Assembly (NCBI GenBank): GCA_002633005.1
Contig: NMRA01000791.1
Span: 79,442-143,441 of the forward strand
Length of the DNA: 64,000 nucleotides
Direction of reading: 5' to 3'
From: Phoronis australis
Taxonomy: Eukaryota > Animalia > Phoronida
In this document: piece by piece, positions 38,651 through 52,400 of the stretch
How the letters are laid out: every line of letters starts with the position of its first letter
Numbering within the stretch: position 1 is the stretch's first letter
Program-made: the position numbers and the translations under genes
Notes under the pieces: model-generated
The model's input: only the letters and a program-made list of their open reading frames with translations
Told to the model about the DNA's origin: nothing
The model's database searches: none

Positions 38651-39330
38651 AGTCGACAACTTCTAGAGGCGTTAACCACGGTGACAATCCTTTGTGATAA
38701 TTCGATTTCTTCACGCGGAAGGAATCGCCGGTTTTGTAGGGTTCTCTATGTGTCACTGGCGTAGGATTTGGTCGAGCGGAGTCGCTTCTGCTCGGAGAAG
38801 ACCAGGACTCGCTCCCATCCACGACGGGACCAAACGACTTGGTAGGCAACTCGAAATTTGCATAGCGGAGCATATGTAGTTCGAAAGTGAGCAAGCAAAT
38901 TCTCTAGGTGTTGGTCCCACGGGAAGTTTGCACTCTTGGTTTGTATGTCATTTTCAAGTAAGGTTGAAAACTTCAACCCTGTCGTTTTGTTGTGGGTTAT
39001 AGACTGCAATATCTTCGTTGAGCATGTGCCTGTTACGAAGGAACACCTCAAAATCTCAGCTCGTGAACTGTGGGCCGTGGTCAGGTACAAATATAGGGTT
39101 GCCAAAGATCGAAATAAGATTGCCCAACCAGCGGATAACGGTTATGTTACCCGTGCTGAGGACGAAGGGGAATGATGAATGGTAGTCGATGGCAGCTAGT
39201 ATGAAACGTTTGTTCGGATTTGCAGTGGCAAAAGGAACTGTGATGTCAATGTCGATCCAGGTCTGAGTTTGTGGTGGCATGGCAGTCGAGGGTATATGGT
39301 GGCTGGAGCAGATTTATCTAAATCCTCGCA
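38650..39330 (-). mobile_element. Gypsy/Ty3-type LTR retrotransposon integrase relic
   Basis: Frameshifted WIDIDITVPF...RFILAAIDYHS, FGNP...DHGPQFTS, AVYNPQQNDRVEVFN, then GDSFRVKK...PWLTPLEVV. Confidence 0.75.
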
Positions 39331-41654
39331 AGCAGCACAATATCGCACCGTATGTCTTACCTCTTTTTCCATCTCAGGCTACAAGTAGGCTTCGCGTAGT
39401 TCGTTTTTCATTCGACGAATGCCGGGGTGGCCTACACTTGGTGTTGTGGCTCAGTATCTGCCACATGGTAGAACTCTTTCTAAGAAATATGAAAGGAGTT
39501 TTGCACAGAAGTACATGCATTTCTATTATACAAAAATGTGTAAAAATCAAGAACGAGATAAAACCCAGGAAAAAGACCTGCGAAATCGCTTCGAAACTTC
39601 GCAAGCAAAGTTTTTATGGGTCCAGGGGCACGTTTCAACACTCAGCGTTGCTATTGTATTTAAGTTTGGTCGAGATCCCCAGTAGGCACAAAAGACCGGT
39701 TCCCTACGGGGGGAGCATAGGGAAAGTCAAGAACGAGCCAACCATAGAGCGGGCGCACGCGCTACTGCGGCTGACAACTTGAAGTCATATTGGAGAGTGA
39801 TACTAGTCACGTGACACGGCTAATTGCCGTGGAAACCAACGGGGCAACGTGCCCTTTTCAAATCGCAGCATCCCAACACATAAAGAGGCGGAAGCGTGTG
39901 AGTTTTTTCCAGAAACGTAAAAAACATGTGCTGCAACGCTTACATGCGTCGATCAGTCGATAGTGAAAATATCAAAGCAATAGAAGATCGCAACCAATGG
40001 CTGATTCTGGAGTGGCCTGAGCGGCTGTACGCTTGTCAATCCAGTGCGAACATTTCATTTTTTCGTTTTTTCAAAACCAGTAAGATCGCGCAAATTTATC
40101 GTTTAATTCGTGTCGCTCGATGCAAATCCAGTATATTCAGGAGACGTGCCGCTCACCCGGAACGTGCATTTGTGGTGCCCCAATAAGCCGGCCTTTACAG
40201 TATTGGAAAAGAACCCCGCCCGGGTAACTTTACAATTATGTGACCAGGGTCGCTTTTAAAAGGGTCTAAATTTAATCTGAACTACTGTGAAAAATGAACT
40301 CATTGGCGTCATATAAATAAATGGCATGATTTTAAAGTTCATTGGTGCGTTCTCCTGTTCAGCAACATTACCAGACGTACATGTGCAACGGTTGTGAGCG
40401 TCTGATAATATCTAGCTCCTTTGTTAACTACCGAGCACAGACATGCAGATCAATCATCTACCAGGCTTATTACCGATCACATATCAGACAATCGCACCCC
40501 CAAACTGGGGCGGAGCATGCCCCCCTTCGCCCCCTCTTAATCCCTCATTGATATGGGTTGGGGAATTCAAAAAAATGTCATTGTTTTATGTTCAAACATT
40601 TTATAACTTATTTTCAACAGCACCGCCCAGTCAGGTTACAATCTTATCGGAGATTAGAGCAGCTATTGAATAAAAGAGAGATGGCCCTCAAACCCATGCG
40701 CGCACACAGTGGGGCTTGGTGGGCTCGAACGACCGCGCCATTTGGCGAAATGGGCAAAAGGTCCGCCCTAGACAAACAAAAAGTCCGAAAAAACGAGATA
40801 AAAATCCACTAAAAAGATGCAAACGCACATTTTACAGCACGTACAGCTCCGATCGTGGTACTGTTTTTGTTTTTGGTTTACCTTTAGTCAACCTTACTAT
40901 TTTGTTTGAAAAAGGTCCATACCGCCAGGTATTCGAGCCCCCCATATTGAAGGCTGAGTGCGCGAAGGTAACCCTAATTGAATGCCAGAATGGACTTAAT
41001 CAGTCGTCAGTGCAACATATTGGCTACAGCGGTCATCCGCCCAACTTGTTGTGCTATACAACCTAACTCAACGGTAGAGCGCCGTAACGTAAAAAGCAAA
41101 GAACACACTCTCAGTTCCTTTCCTGCGAATCGCTCGGTATTGCCAACGTACAAATATTCTTCTCTCACGCCCGGTATTCCTCTCTCACGGCTGTGAAGTC
41201 CCCCCACCCCCCATCAAGCACCAGGCACTTTTTGGCGTTTTTAGTATATCCACACCGTGTAGTTATATTCTCACAAAGAGATCAGCCCAGCTCCCACACA
41301 TTATTTCGAACCTTTCCTATACATTCCTGCCTGCGCGTCCCTGAGCTGAGAACTTTAAAATACACTCTTTTCACGCACACTTGGCCTTCCCAGGGTTTCT
41401 GGAAAACTTGGCTGCGATCGGACGATTCTTAACATGTGGCCAAGTATTTTGGATTAGTCTTCTTGCAGTTCAGTAGTCAGATATTATATCCTAGGCACGA
41501 GCAATGCAAAATGCCAATTGTCAATTTGGGCAACTGGACGAAGGACTGTTTGAACAATAGTGATTGTTTTCTCTCGAGCTCAGCTCCCTCACATCATATT
41601 CTTGGTCTGCACACCGTTCAGTACTTTCAGTCCTTAATTGCGGCATACACTGTA

Positions 41655-43215
41655 TAGTCAGGTTCACTATGTCCAAATTTTGACATTCGTTGGAATTTTT
41701 TGAGGAAAGTGGAAACTATACATTTTTGAAACCTCATGGAATGACGAATCAGAAAATAATTGATTCCAATTTTTCGGTGGTCATTGGCGGCCATCTTGGA
41801 TTTTCAAAAAGAGCAACCGACGTGTTATACGCTTAGAAAAAAACGATCACGAAAAAGCAGATGTATTGATAATACACTGTACATCATGCATTTCTGGCAT
41901 CACATCAAAAGGTCCATCAATCTCAGCTGATGTTTTCTTTTCACCTGACACAGATTCACTGGTACTCGTCATTGCCTATTATGACAGGCTTCTCAGAAAT
42001 ACTTCAGTGCCCATGCCACCTGAGATTGTGGACAATATTAGGTGCTGTCTGGGCAAATAGCTCTTCCTGCTCAATGCGCAGCAAAATTTTTGTACTGCTT
42101 ATAAAGTAACAGGTGAACCTTTTTTCACATTAGCCCCTTTTACACATGCATACTCACCACAGGGTAGACACAAATAGCATCCCAGAGCTGAGATGGTACC
42201 TCTTCTATAAACATATGGCTGCCAGCGACAAACGTCCACCAACCATTGGTGCTTTGAAACAGCATGTGCTGAGGGCGTTTATTCAAGCCAGAGTGTGGGG
42301 CCAAGCAGTCATTGCTATACAGGAGTTCCTTGATCCACTGCAGAATGAATTTACAAGGACAAAGATGACCAGCTAAAACACTCACAACTGAGGAGCTTCC
42401 GGCGCCAGAGGCTATCATTGAAATGGTTAGATGCCATTGCAAAAACAATTCTTCTTCCCAAAGACGCTCTTGCCGATCAAAGGACCTATCTTACATAGAT
42501 CTATGTCAGTATATTGCAGAATGTCAGAATGGTGACGATGATGTGATTCCTGGTGACAGTGATACCTATAGTGATGATCTATAGACGGATTGCAAAGTTT
42601 TGAAGGGCTGTTGACACAACAAAAAAGATACTTTCATGTTCTTCAAACGTAAATAAGTTGTTAAGGTACTGGTATCTTGAAGGCAACAAGCTTCGAACAA
42701 AATATGCAAGAAAGTAAGATAGTGATCACGCGTCGTATTACTTGAAGAATGCATTTAGAAAATGTGGCTGCTAATAAATGTGGTTTTGATCATGTTTCTC
42801 ATTAAATAAGTTGCATTTTCAGCTTTCTTGAGCACAAAAATGTGGGTTCAGGCATTAAAACTAACATTTTAAGTGACCCAAGAGCAAATATGCTGAGGAA
42901 AATGTATTTTACGGGACCATTTTTAAAAATCCAAGAAGGATGCCAAAATGGCGCCCAAAAATCAATTCCTTGACCTGAGAAATGCAGGTGTAGCCATAAA
43001 AGCCAACATTCTTATTGATCCAAAATTGAAGATATTGAGCAAAATCCATTTTACCGGCGCCATTAATGAAAATCCAAGATGGCCGCCAAGATGGCCGCCA
43101 AAAATGGAATCAATTATTTTCTGATTTGTCATTCCATGAGGTTTCCAAAAATGTATAGTTTCCACCTTCCCCAAAACGTTCCAACAAAATTACATACATG
43201 TAACAAACCTGACTA
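41655..43215 (+). mobile_element. Second Academ-like element, internally deleted, 1561 bp
   Basis: TIRs start TAGTCAGG and end CCTGACTA with ~150 bp inverted similarity; flanks gta/ata (1 mismatch); internal FSPDTD, LRWYLF...PPTIGALKQHVLRAFIQARVW, PAPEAIIEMVRCHC. Confidence 0.78.
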
Positions 43216-43352
43216 ATATATTAAAAAAGCAAGATTTCCATTGCACCCCCAGACCTGAACATCCGCGTGTCGATAATTGTTGAAAGATCGCCAATTGCTG
43301 GTACCATGTCTGCTTATTCCAACCTCCTGTTGCGGAGAACCGCCGAATAATG

Positions 43353-43400
43353 ACGGGACAGGTTTTCACGGACGTAACGGGACAGGTTTTCACGGACGTA
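43353..43400. repeat. Perfect 24-bp tandem duplication (acgggacaggttttcacggacgta x2)
   Basis: Direct reading. Confidence 0.9.
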
Positions 43401-46194
43401 AGGTCGTTTTATCTTGGGTTGAAAAAATTTCACATTAAATTTAGACCCTCTGAATAAACTAACCGGGGTCATTTTTTACGGTTTTATCATTTAATGATTC
43501 ACTGGCTCGTCTGTGTATATTTCCACTCGGTTTCGAGTGAGAAATTCTGTATTTTGCGCATGGCTCTCAACCACCAAGACTGCGGAGGAAACAACGCATG
43601 GTCGCTCTGCTTAAACAATGTTGGCCAAACATAAAAAATTAGTGGCAGCACCACTCAACTCCATGGCCGAACCAAAAAAACCCATAACTCAATGGCAGGA
43701 CCAAGAAACACAACTCTTTGGCAGTAATCATATCTCTTCGGGCTCCCGGATTTTCGGACTGTTGCCGTAGAGCTCCCAGTGTTTTCCGTCATTACTGTCC
43801 AATAGCACTCCCCAATATGGCGTCTTATTGACAACGCGGACTTCATGTACATGTATGTGAGTGGCGTGCCCTTTCTATAGTTTTAAGATGTCTATAGGTC
43901 CAATATTCAGGGAAATTTTGTCAAATCGCAAAGCCCACGATGTGCCGAAGACGCCATGCCACGTCCCAAATAAGAGTGTTTTTTAAAAAATTGATCGAAA
44001 TCCCCTGAAAATTAAGGGGTTGCCCAAAGAAGACCATTATTCTGTGCAATGACACACGGATCGAGCGACACCTTCCATTAGTGTGCCCACTTCGGCTTCG
44101 GTAGAGAAGGGACACACGGACCTACAGCTGGAATACGCATGTAAACTTGTCCCTTCTTGGTCAATGACACCTACCCAGGCATATACCGTCTTCCCCTTTG
44201 GCGGGCGACACAGGGACACATTCGCACACACAGACACGCGCACACACACGGAATAACATCTACCAGTAATGTATCAGACATATTGAGCGTCCCATAGACT
44301 GCTTGTGTATGACTCATTTTCCCGGAAAACCGACGGGGACATAGGGACGCACGAACATGAAGACGGAATGACAGCTATCGTNTTCGATTCTATAGCTCAA
44401 CAACAAGTAGGGAAGATGACCCTGTAGCCAATATCTTACACGATTGATTAACCCCATTAAGGCATTTAGGGTTGGAGGGGCAGCTCTCTTTTTGTTCGAT
44501 AATTTCACTAATCTCCAATAAGATCGTATCTAGCCTGTCTGGGCTGTGCTGTTAAAAATAAAAGTTAAATGGTAACAAGTTTGAACACAAACCATTATCA
44601 TTTCTGAATTCTTCATCAAATGTTGATCATTTTTAGTTTTTGTATCGCCAAAATAGACCAAATACAACCGAAGTTACGACCGTCTATTCTTTCCCAACGC
44701 TCTGGGTTTGACTGACTGTGTTCACTGGTGGTCTGTAATAAGCCTCGTACATAATTGGCCAGCCTGTTGTCATACCAGACAAAAGACTGCGCTTGGCAGT
44801 TAACAAAGGAACTAGATGTTATCACACGCTCTCAGCCCTCTACGTCTGGTAAAGTCACTGAACGGGAGAACGCCGTCATGAGTTATGGGGGGCAAGGCAG
44901 AGTGTTAGCCAGGATTTTGCTCGTCAGCCATTCGCACCCCCGAATTGGCAAACGGAATCTTGGAGAATTTTAGGGGTACATGTCCCTCACACCTCAGCCA
45001 TTGCACAGGAAGTAAAATTCAAACAGCGTGTCCCGTGAAGGAGACAATAGCTGCGTTGATGGTGGACTTAGGAACACGATCACTGGTTTGAATTCACACA
45101 GAGGTGATTAAACTTGAAAAAGCAATTTTTTATCGTTTTAGACCAGCTTTAAATTCTTGGAATACAAACATACTAGATGAGATTTTAGGAGGTTTCACAC
45201 AGATTTAAGTATTTTCAACAAACACGTCAATTTTTAATCAACAAAAATTACTTTGCAAATAAAGACGGCCCTTGCGTACACGACTAGTAAATTTTAGAAT
45301 CTGACTTCACCTGAATTTTGTTATTTTACGTGCACTGAATTAACCAGATAGTCCTACCAAAGCCTCAGTAAAATAAGAAAACGCGAGTTCAATCACGCAA
45401 ACGTAAACCCGTCAAATGATAAGTGAAGCTGCCTTTTCGTGTTCTGTTACGTCACCGCGAGATCCCAGCACAAACAACAAATGTTGTATTGAATAGGGGT
45501 CTGACTAGAACAGCATTGCGTGCGGGTATTATTCGCATCTGTTTGAATTAAAATTTGATTCTCGCGGTGGCATAGAAAAAAAGGAAGCCAATACCCCTAA
45601 CAGTTCGTTACATATGGCAATTTGTGGCACTACGTAGTGGGCTCAGAGCGATGCTCTTAACATACTCATGGAACCAAATTTGCGGCTGTTACGGTTGAAG
45701 ATAGGCTTTAAAAAGAAGCCTGTGACTTGACATGTATTTCTCAGAGTGCGACCAACATAAACAACTGCTTTACGTCGAGACCTGCATATAGCTCGTGAAG
45801 GTGAATAACCTATCTCAAGAACGTAAATATTTACGCTGATGTCACGATCAGGTTGTGTAATTGACACATTGAGCAAGTGGTACAGCGACTACAAATAGAT
45901 TAGATACAAGATCATCCTGGACAGCCAAGCAAGAGGATCCAGAAACTGAAATGGTGTGCAGCTCGAAAATCTATCGGATCCCTGTACAAACATCATTAAC
46001 TCATTTTTATCATTTGTAGTTTCTCCCAGCTTATAGATCCAATATGAAACCTTAGGAAGGTCCCTGTTTGTGTTCACGTTCTGGTCACTTGTTATAGTCG
46101 ATCACAATGTCACTGCATTTGCTCTTGTGCAACGTTCGTTCATTCGTTTTGTCTTTGCTTGGTGATGACACAAATTGTCCAGCACCACTAGGTA

Positions 46195-47570
46195 CAGTAC
46201 AGCCACTGAATTTTTAGACTTCGTCCGGACCACCTCACGCCTGGCCAGACCGGAGCGCAACCGGAACGCAGGCGTGACAGAAATCAGTCACGGTCGCCTC
46301 ACGCCTACTCTCCGGGTAGTCCTCACGCTTACCTCCGGTTTAGTTCACGCTTTCCTCAGGCTTTCTTCACGCCTTCGGTACCTGTGGTAACCATGGTAGG
46401 GCAATAATAATGTCTTTGACACTTGTCGTTTCGGACAAGTGTCAAAGACATTATAGTATATTATAGAGTATCTTTGCAAGCAGTCATCTATCACTCTTGG
46501 GTTCCGACTAACTTTGTAATTCCACGTGTTGTTCATACAAACGTCTTCCTTCAGCTCAACTTGTGTTACGGTTACATGTACATTTTCTATTTACGACTTA
46601 AAAGCCAGTCCCATCAACGACATACATGAACAGTAACCACGGTTAGTAAATACGAATATACGCGACCCTGTGTCCAGAATCGTCTTTACATGGCAGTGGA
46701 CTCCTTGAAACTTGTCACAGCTGGATATAGTTAATTTGCCCCAAAAATAGCCTACGCATCTTGTGAAGTATTGTGTCACTCCGTAAATTTTTGCACCGCA
46801 CTGGCGTACAGAAAATTTCAATAGGCCGCCATTCTGACATACCCATCCCTTACTGCAAGCAAATGTTTTGACTAAAAAGTCCTCAATCCGTAGTGCAGTT
46901 TAATTATTTGTTGCCCCCTCCCCGTAGTACATGCGTTTCGACTGAGTTCACAGTATTCTCGGGGTACTTCTTCACTAAAATAATAATAGCAGTGATCTGT
47001 TTGACTCATCAAATGTATGGGCACGATCAGTTTTCTCCGCATGAAGCTGGAACTTGGGATCACTATGCTCAGAATTGACATGCTATGCTCCTTCATATCG
47101 TGAAGGCAATTGAATATTTCCGCCATGTAAACGCGTGTTAAGATTCATTATTAGTTTATCTAAAAAATAAATAATTATATATAAGTGAAAAGTAGAGTCC
47201 ACATGTCTGTTTCATGAAGTGACTTAAGATTTGAGAAGGAAATTTTGGTCTTTTGCTGAACGTGACGATTTCAAAAAAAAATAAACCTCACATGAGCAAA
47301 AGTCTATGAGAATAGACACATCACTGCATGTATAATTTTAATATATTACTTTTTCATCTGCGATGCAGGTAAACTCACGCCTGGCTCACGGCTGGCTCGC
47401 GCTTCGTTCACGCCTAACTCACGGTAAGTTCCGGGTACAATCACGCTTAGGCTCACGCCAGCTGTCACGGTTGATTCACGTCTCACTCTCCGGCCTGTCT
47501 CCGGTCACGGTCACGGTTGGCTAGACCGGAGAGACACCGGAGAGAGTCTAATAATTCAGTGGCTGTACTG
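46195..47570. mobile_element. Non-autonomous TIR DNA transposon (MITE-like) with TA target duplication, Tc1/mariner/pogo-type ends
   Basis: TA|CAGTACAGCCACTGAATTtTTAGACT ... AGTCTAAtAATTCAGTGGCTGTACTG|TA; subterminal TCACG(C/G) and CCGG repeats; no transposase ORF. Confidence 0.85.
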
Positions 47571-49411
47571 TATAATCACAAGGGACGGTGCTGTTGTCAA
47601 AAGGCGATGGTAATGAATAAGTACAGTATATGCACGCGCCCAGCGGAGTTCAAACTGAGATCACAATTGGTACTTTATTGAATACTGAGTCTGATTTTTT
47701 CGGATCGCCTGAAATTAGTAGTATGCACTACAGCGCACGCGATAACTCTTTCCAGCAGTACATGTACTTCACAGGAATGGAATATGAAATATTCTGCATG
47801 GGGAGTGCAAACAGTGAACACGTTCGCTTTAGCACACTGTAACATGTTTATTGTCTCCATCGGAGCCTAAAAATAAGACGTTCATACTTATGTTTACTTC
47901 GTATTTGAAATTTTTCTGTTTCCAAACGTCACTAAAAAGCATTTGCAGCACGTGAAACCACTTGCATGACAAACACCCTCTTAAAATGTAAACCGCAATT
48001 ACGATCAGGAAGATGTTTGCTTGCAACAAGGGCTAATGTCCAAGTGTATGACATGACTGGTCTTTCATCGGACGTAGACTCGTACGACAGACTTCTCCTC
48101 CACCACTTGCGACAACGTCACATCATAAAAAATTGAAATGAAAAAATAAAGCCTTGCGCCAATTTCCGGAAGAGTCTCGGAGAATAAACATTATTTTATC
48201 TGGCCAAATAGGTTATTTTTCTTTCACTTTAATTGTTACAATGGAATCGATTCTGTACACCAATATACGTTTGCAAACACCTGGAGTTCCCTTAGACCAT
48301 GCTGAGACCGCGGCCATCAGTGACTTTTCTGATTTGATGTACAAGTTAGCAGTCTGTTTTGACCCAGGCAACCAAACATCCACTCGTATGCTGTTAATAG
48401 TTTGCAATTCCCAGGGTTCACTGTCGTGTTCCCGGCAATAATCACAAAACAAGATATAAATATTTGGATATTTGGTCAACTTTGCAAAGATGTACTGTAC
48501 TAGGATTTTCACTGCCCAACGATTTGTTCTTAACATAGTCATTTAAGGCATCAAAAGTGAGGGCGCTATAGTCAAATGACGTTTATGTGTCTCCTATTGA
48601 CAGTTGAGTATACTTACAGCTGTAAGATGTATTTGCATGTTCCTGACTATGCTAACAATGTATAGCAGGTACTAAACAACATTGTTAAATGAACACCATC
48701 TACGCTAAACAAAGTGCAGTTGCATTCATTCAGAACTTGTAAATGTGAAAACAAAAAATTCTGCAACTAGGTGAACTTTGCACTCATAATGACTGGACGT
48801 ACCTTGTGTGCTCACATAAGCCGCATCATGCAGTGTTATTCCCCAACTCCACGTTGTCACGATACCTACTGGACACGGTTGAGTGATTTACGGCGTATCA
48901 GATTCATCACAAAACTCAATCTTAAAACATTTAGCAATTTTCTGCCTACTTCATATTCACATTCATTTGCCGCTATAAGTTGATCGAAGCACGATTCTTA
49001 AAAGTAGGCCAGCATAGCCCCTGAACTGAACGCTTACTCCAGACTTTGTACTGTCATGCCTGTATCCGATATACGAATTGTTGACATTTCTGGGCTCGTG
49101 TCTAGCAAAAACTGAAGTATTTTTGCTCCGATCACTGTTGTACTGCATCTTCCGCACGTGCAAAGTTTCATAATACTCAGTCGAACTCGCTTGGCGAGAT
49201 CACAACGGCTCGCCGCTGGTGTAGTAAAACACAAAACCTGAGATCGGATATACTGATCACGAAAAAAAATATGTTTTTATTTTTGCATATATTTTTTAAT
49301 AAAAGTACCCACATTCAAGAAGAAATGCTAAAAATGTAATGGTGTGATGGAGTTAAGAAATTCATTAGCAGCAAGGATTTCAACCGGTTTAAATCACTTT
49401 TTATGTTCAAG

Positions 49412-52400
49412 CTAAATGACGGTGGGGAATTCGTTCTCTCCGAGCTAAGCTTCAACAACTTCATTCGAAAGAGCTACCGTGTGTACAAAAGAGGGATATA
49501 TGCTTCGCCGCCTATGTTTGACTTGGCGTCACCTTCCGAGAGCAAGATGGGTTACGGTCACGTGAGGTACGGAGAAGGCGGTGATGCAGGAGAAAGAGAC
49601 AACACTGCATACACGAATCTTGGAGAACATGACCGAAAGAAGCGTGGAATAAGAATTCCTAAATATCTCTGGACGGGAGCAAGGATTCCTTACACCTTCA
49701 GGCCATGTGAGTGATTTCGATCCTCGTTTCTTAATCTGTTGTACAAACAAGTTATTTCGAAATATCGACATTTTTTTATTTGTGTTTGAACAGCAGTTAA
49801 TTTTTCTTATACTATTCCGCCGATAATTTTGATAGATCAGCTCTTTGATACAAAACTTAATTCTAATAGCAGGTTCGGATGAATTAAAAGGTTTTGTGCA
49901 ATAAAAAAATCTCACTGCCATGTTTTTAAATTTAGACTTTATGAAATGTTCAAGTTTATACACGTAAACTTTCGCCGACTTCGAGTTACCCTTTGGAGTC
50001 CACGAGCCGTCGAGTGCGTAAACCTCATGGGTGCGGCCTCGGCGTTGTTCACACCAAAAATGTACACTATTCACCATCGCCAAACAATTAGTGTGCCCAA
50101 AACTGAACCACGATAGTAATCGATGACTACACTCCTGTGGATTGGGCAGTTAACTACACTGCCAGTCAGCTCAGACAGGAAGCCGGTTTACTCAACATGT
50201 CATCCCCGTCGTCAGTTGCGCCTGGCCAAGATATCCCGACGGGACCTCCAGCGTTCTCCTTTGACAAAAACCGTCTGTCGTGAGCAAAGTTTCACAAAAA
50301 CAATCCATTTGATTTTAATTGGAATTTCTCTGAATTTTCGTTCCAGGGGTTTCTCTTCGCCCAGAACCGAATAAACATTGGTACTCACACGCGCACATGA
50401 TCGCCTCAGTGGAAACCCGGTCTGGTCCTATTGTAGTTTGATTGCATCTGAATAAACCGAGAACATAGCATAATCTTTTTGTGGGTTTATGAACACATCT
50501 GTTGTCACTAGAATAAAAAAACTCAAAAAAGTATCACAGGATCGACTTCAAAGTAGTATGGAGGGCTTGACACTATCTTATATTCACCACTCTATTGTCG
50601 CAGGACGTTGACGTCATCGCTTTCAATGTCTCCACCTTCCATACAGGTTAACGCGACCTGTCGACCCGGTGCGGTGGACACAGCACGAGGTGATTCAAAC
50701 ACAGGCTGATTAAAATGAAATAGAAAACGGCTTTAAATTGGGTGGTACATGCCTTTAAGAATAATATCTACTTTCGTTTTCAGTACGTATACACGCCTAT
50801 GTACGACGCACACATTTCTTGGATTGCTAAATATATGTACACTGGCTCTAAATTTCGTTTTAGATGTTATAGATGAGGTTGAAATATTCAAGATGAAGTG
50901 ACAACCCTTACCGATGATAGATATCAGTTGTTCTCCGTGAGCCTCGTACACTCTAAACGTTAATAATTTGATTCATAAATATACCATTGATTCAAATACC
51001 CCATTGTATTGCAGATAAATACACATCGGATCAGAAGGCAAAAGTCTTTGCAGGCATTGCAAAGTTGAGACAGGCAACTTGTTTAAATTTCATTCACTAT
51101 CAGTCTAGCACCCCCAATGAGCCCTATGTGAGGTTTTCAAGAGGAGGAGGTGGGTAAGTAACGGGAGCGCAACAGAATGATGTTGAACAAGCGATTATTT
51201 TCGATACTTTTGATTTATTCAGATCCAATTTCAAATATGATCTCTGACAAACTAGAGGTGACACATTGCTCACCTACCACAAAACAATATTAATAAACTT
51301 CTTTATTGACTTGTTCACCCAAACTAAATTCTGCCAGTTGTTATGATCATGACTTCTAAGACATATAAATCTGTTGAGAGATAAAGGAATTAGAAACCTA
51401 ACACACTTGCTCACAAAACGGTTCTTTGGTTCGAGGTGGGTGCTGTCTTCCAACGACCGTCAACGTGACCCAAAATAATGGTAACGCGTGCTGATTTACC
51501 AGAATTTATGAATGCGCACGTAATACCTCATTGAGTAAACACGTCCTTTTAATGACTGAGAAATGACAGGCTGATTAACTGCCTGGTATTGGCCTGTAGT
51601 TTACACAGTTTGTTTTGCCAGATGTTTTAACGATTGGGGTACCCACAGCAGTTTTACATTCAAATTGGTCAGATGATGAGCTCACATTCTCATTTAAAGT
51701 TGCTATGAACCTTCAGTTTAACGTCTGATAAAGAACACATAACGCTATAATTTTGTTATGTATTTATTATCATTTACAAAGAATTACAAAAAGCAAACAA
51801 ACAAATAAGTACACTATTCATTCACGCATGCACACCTCAGTAAGACCATTCTCATATCTCGTTTAAAGTAAATATCTTCTACATGAAGTTAAAATGAACA
51901 ATAAATTTTTCCCATTTTGCAGAGAAGCTGTCATATACAAAGTTTTTATGTGCATTTAATTTTTCAGCATTATAGTATTCATAAGTTTTTGTAACGAACT
52001 TGAGAAAATTAGGTATATTTTTGTGACATCTCGTAAGACAGACAGTTGGGAAGCTGAATGCCACACTTTTGAAGTAGCTTTCCGAATTCTTCCCAGAAAT
52101 CTTGTACAAAGCTACATTCCCTAAAAAGGTGTGACAGCGTCTATGGAGCTTTATTATAGAAGGAACATAGATCAGAATCCCTAACACATATCTTGACTAA
52201 AAAGGTATTTGATACAATAATTCTATGTAGCATTTATAATTGGAACCATCTAATATGGGGATCCTTTGTAATTTTGTAAGGTAAAGCATATATTTTCTTC
52301 CAATCTCCTAGCTCTATTTCCCATTTACACTCTGACTTAGGTTTTTTAACGTTATTAAAGACTGAACAAATACATGTATGTCTACAGCCCTTCAAATCTT

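Noticed and set aside
43500-49400. Signal-peptide first exon of copy 2
   Set aside because: Several ATGs inspected; none gave a hydrophobic leader ending at a compatible donor.
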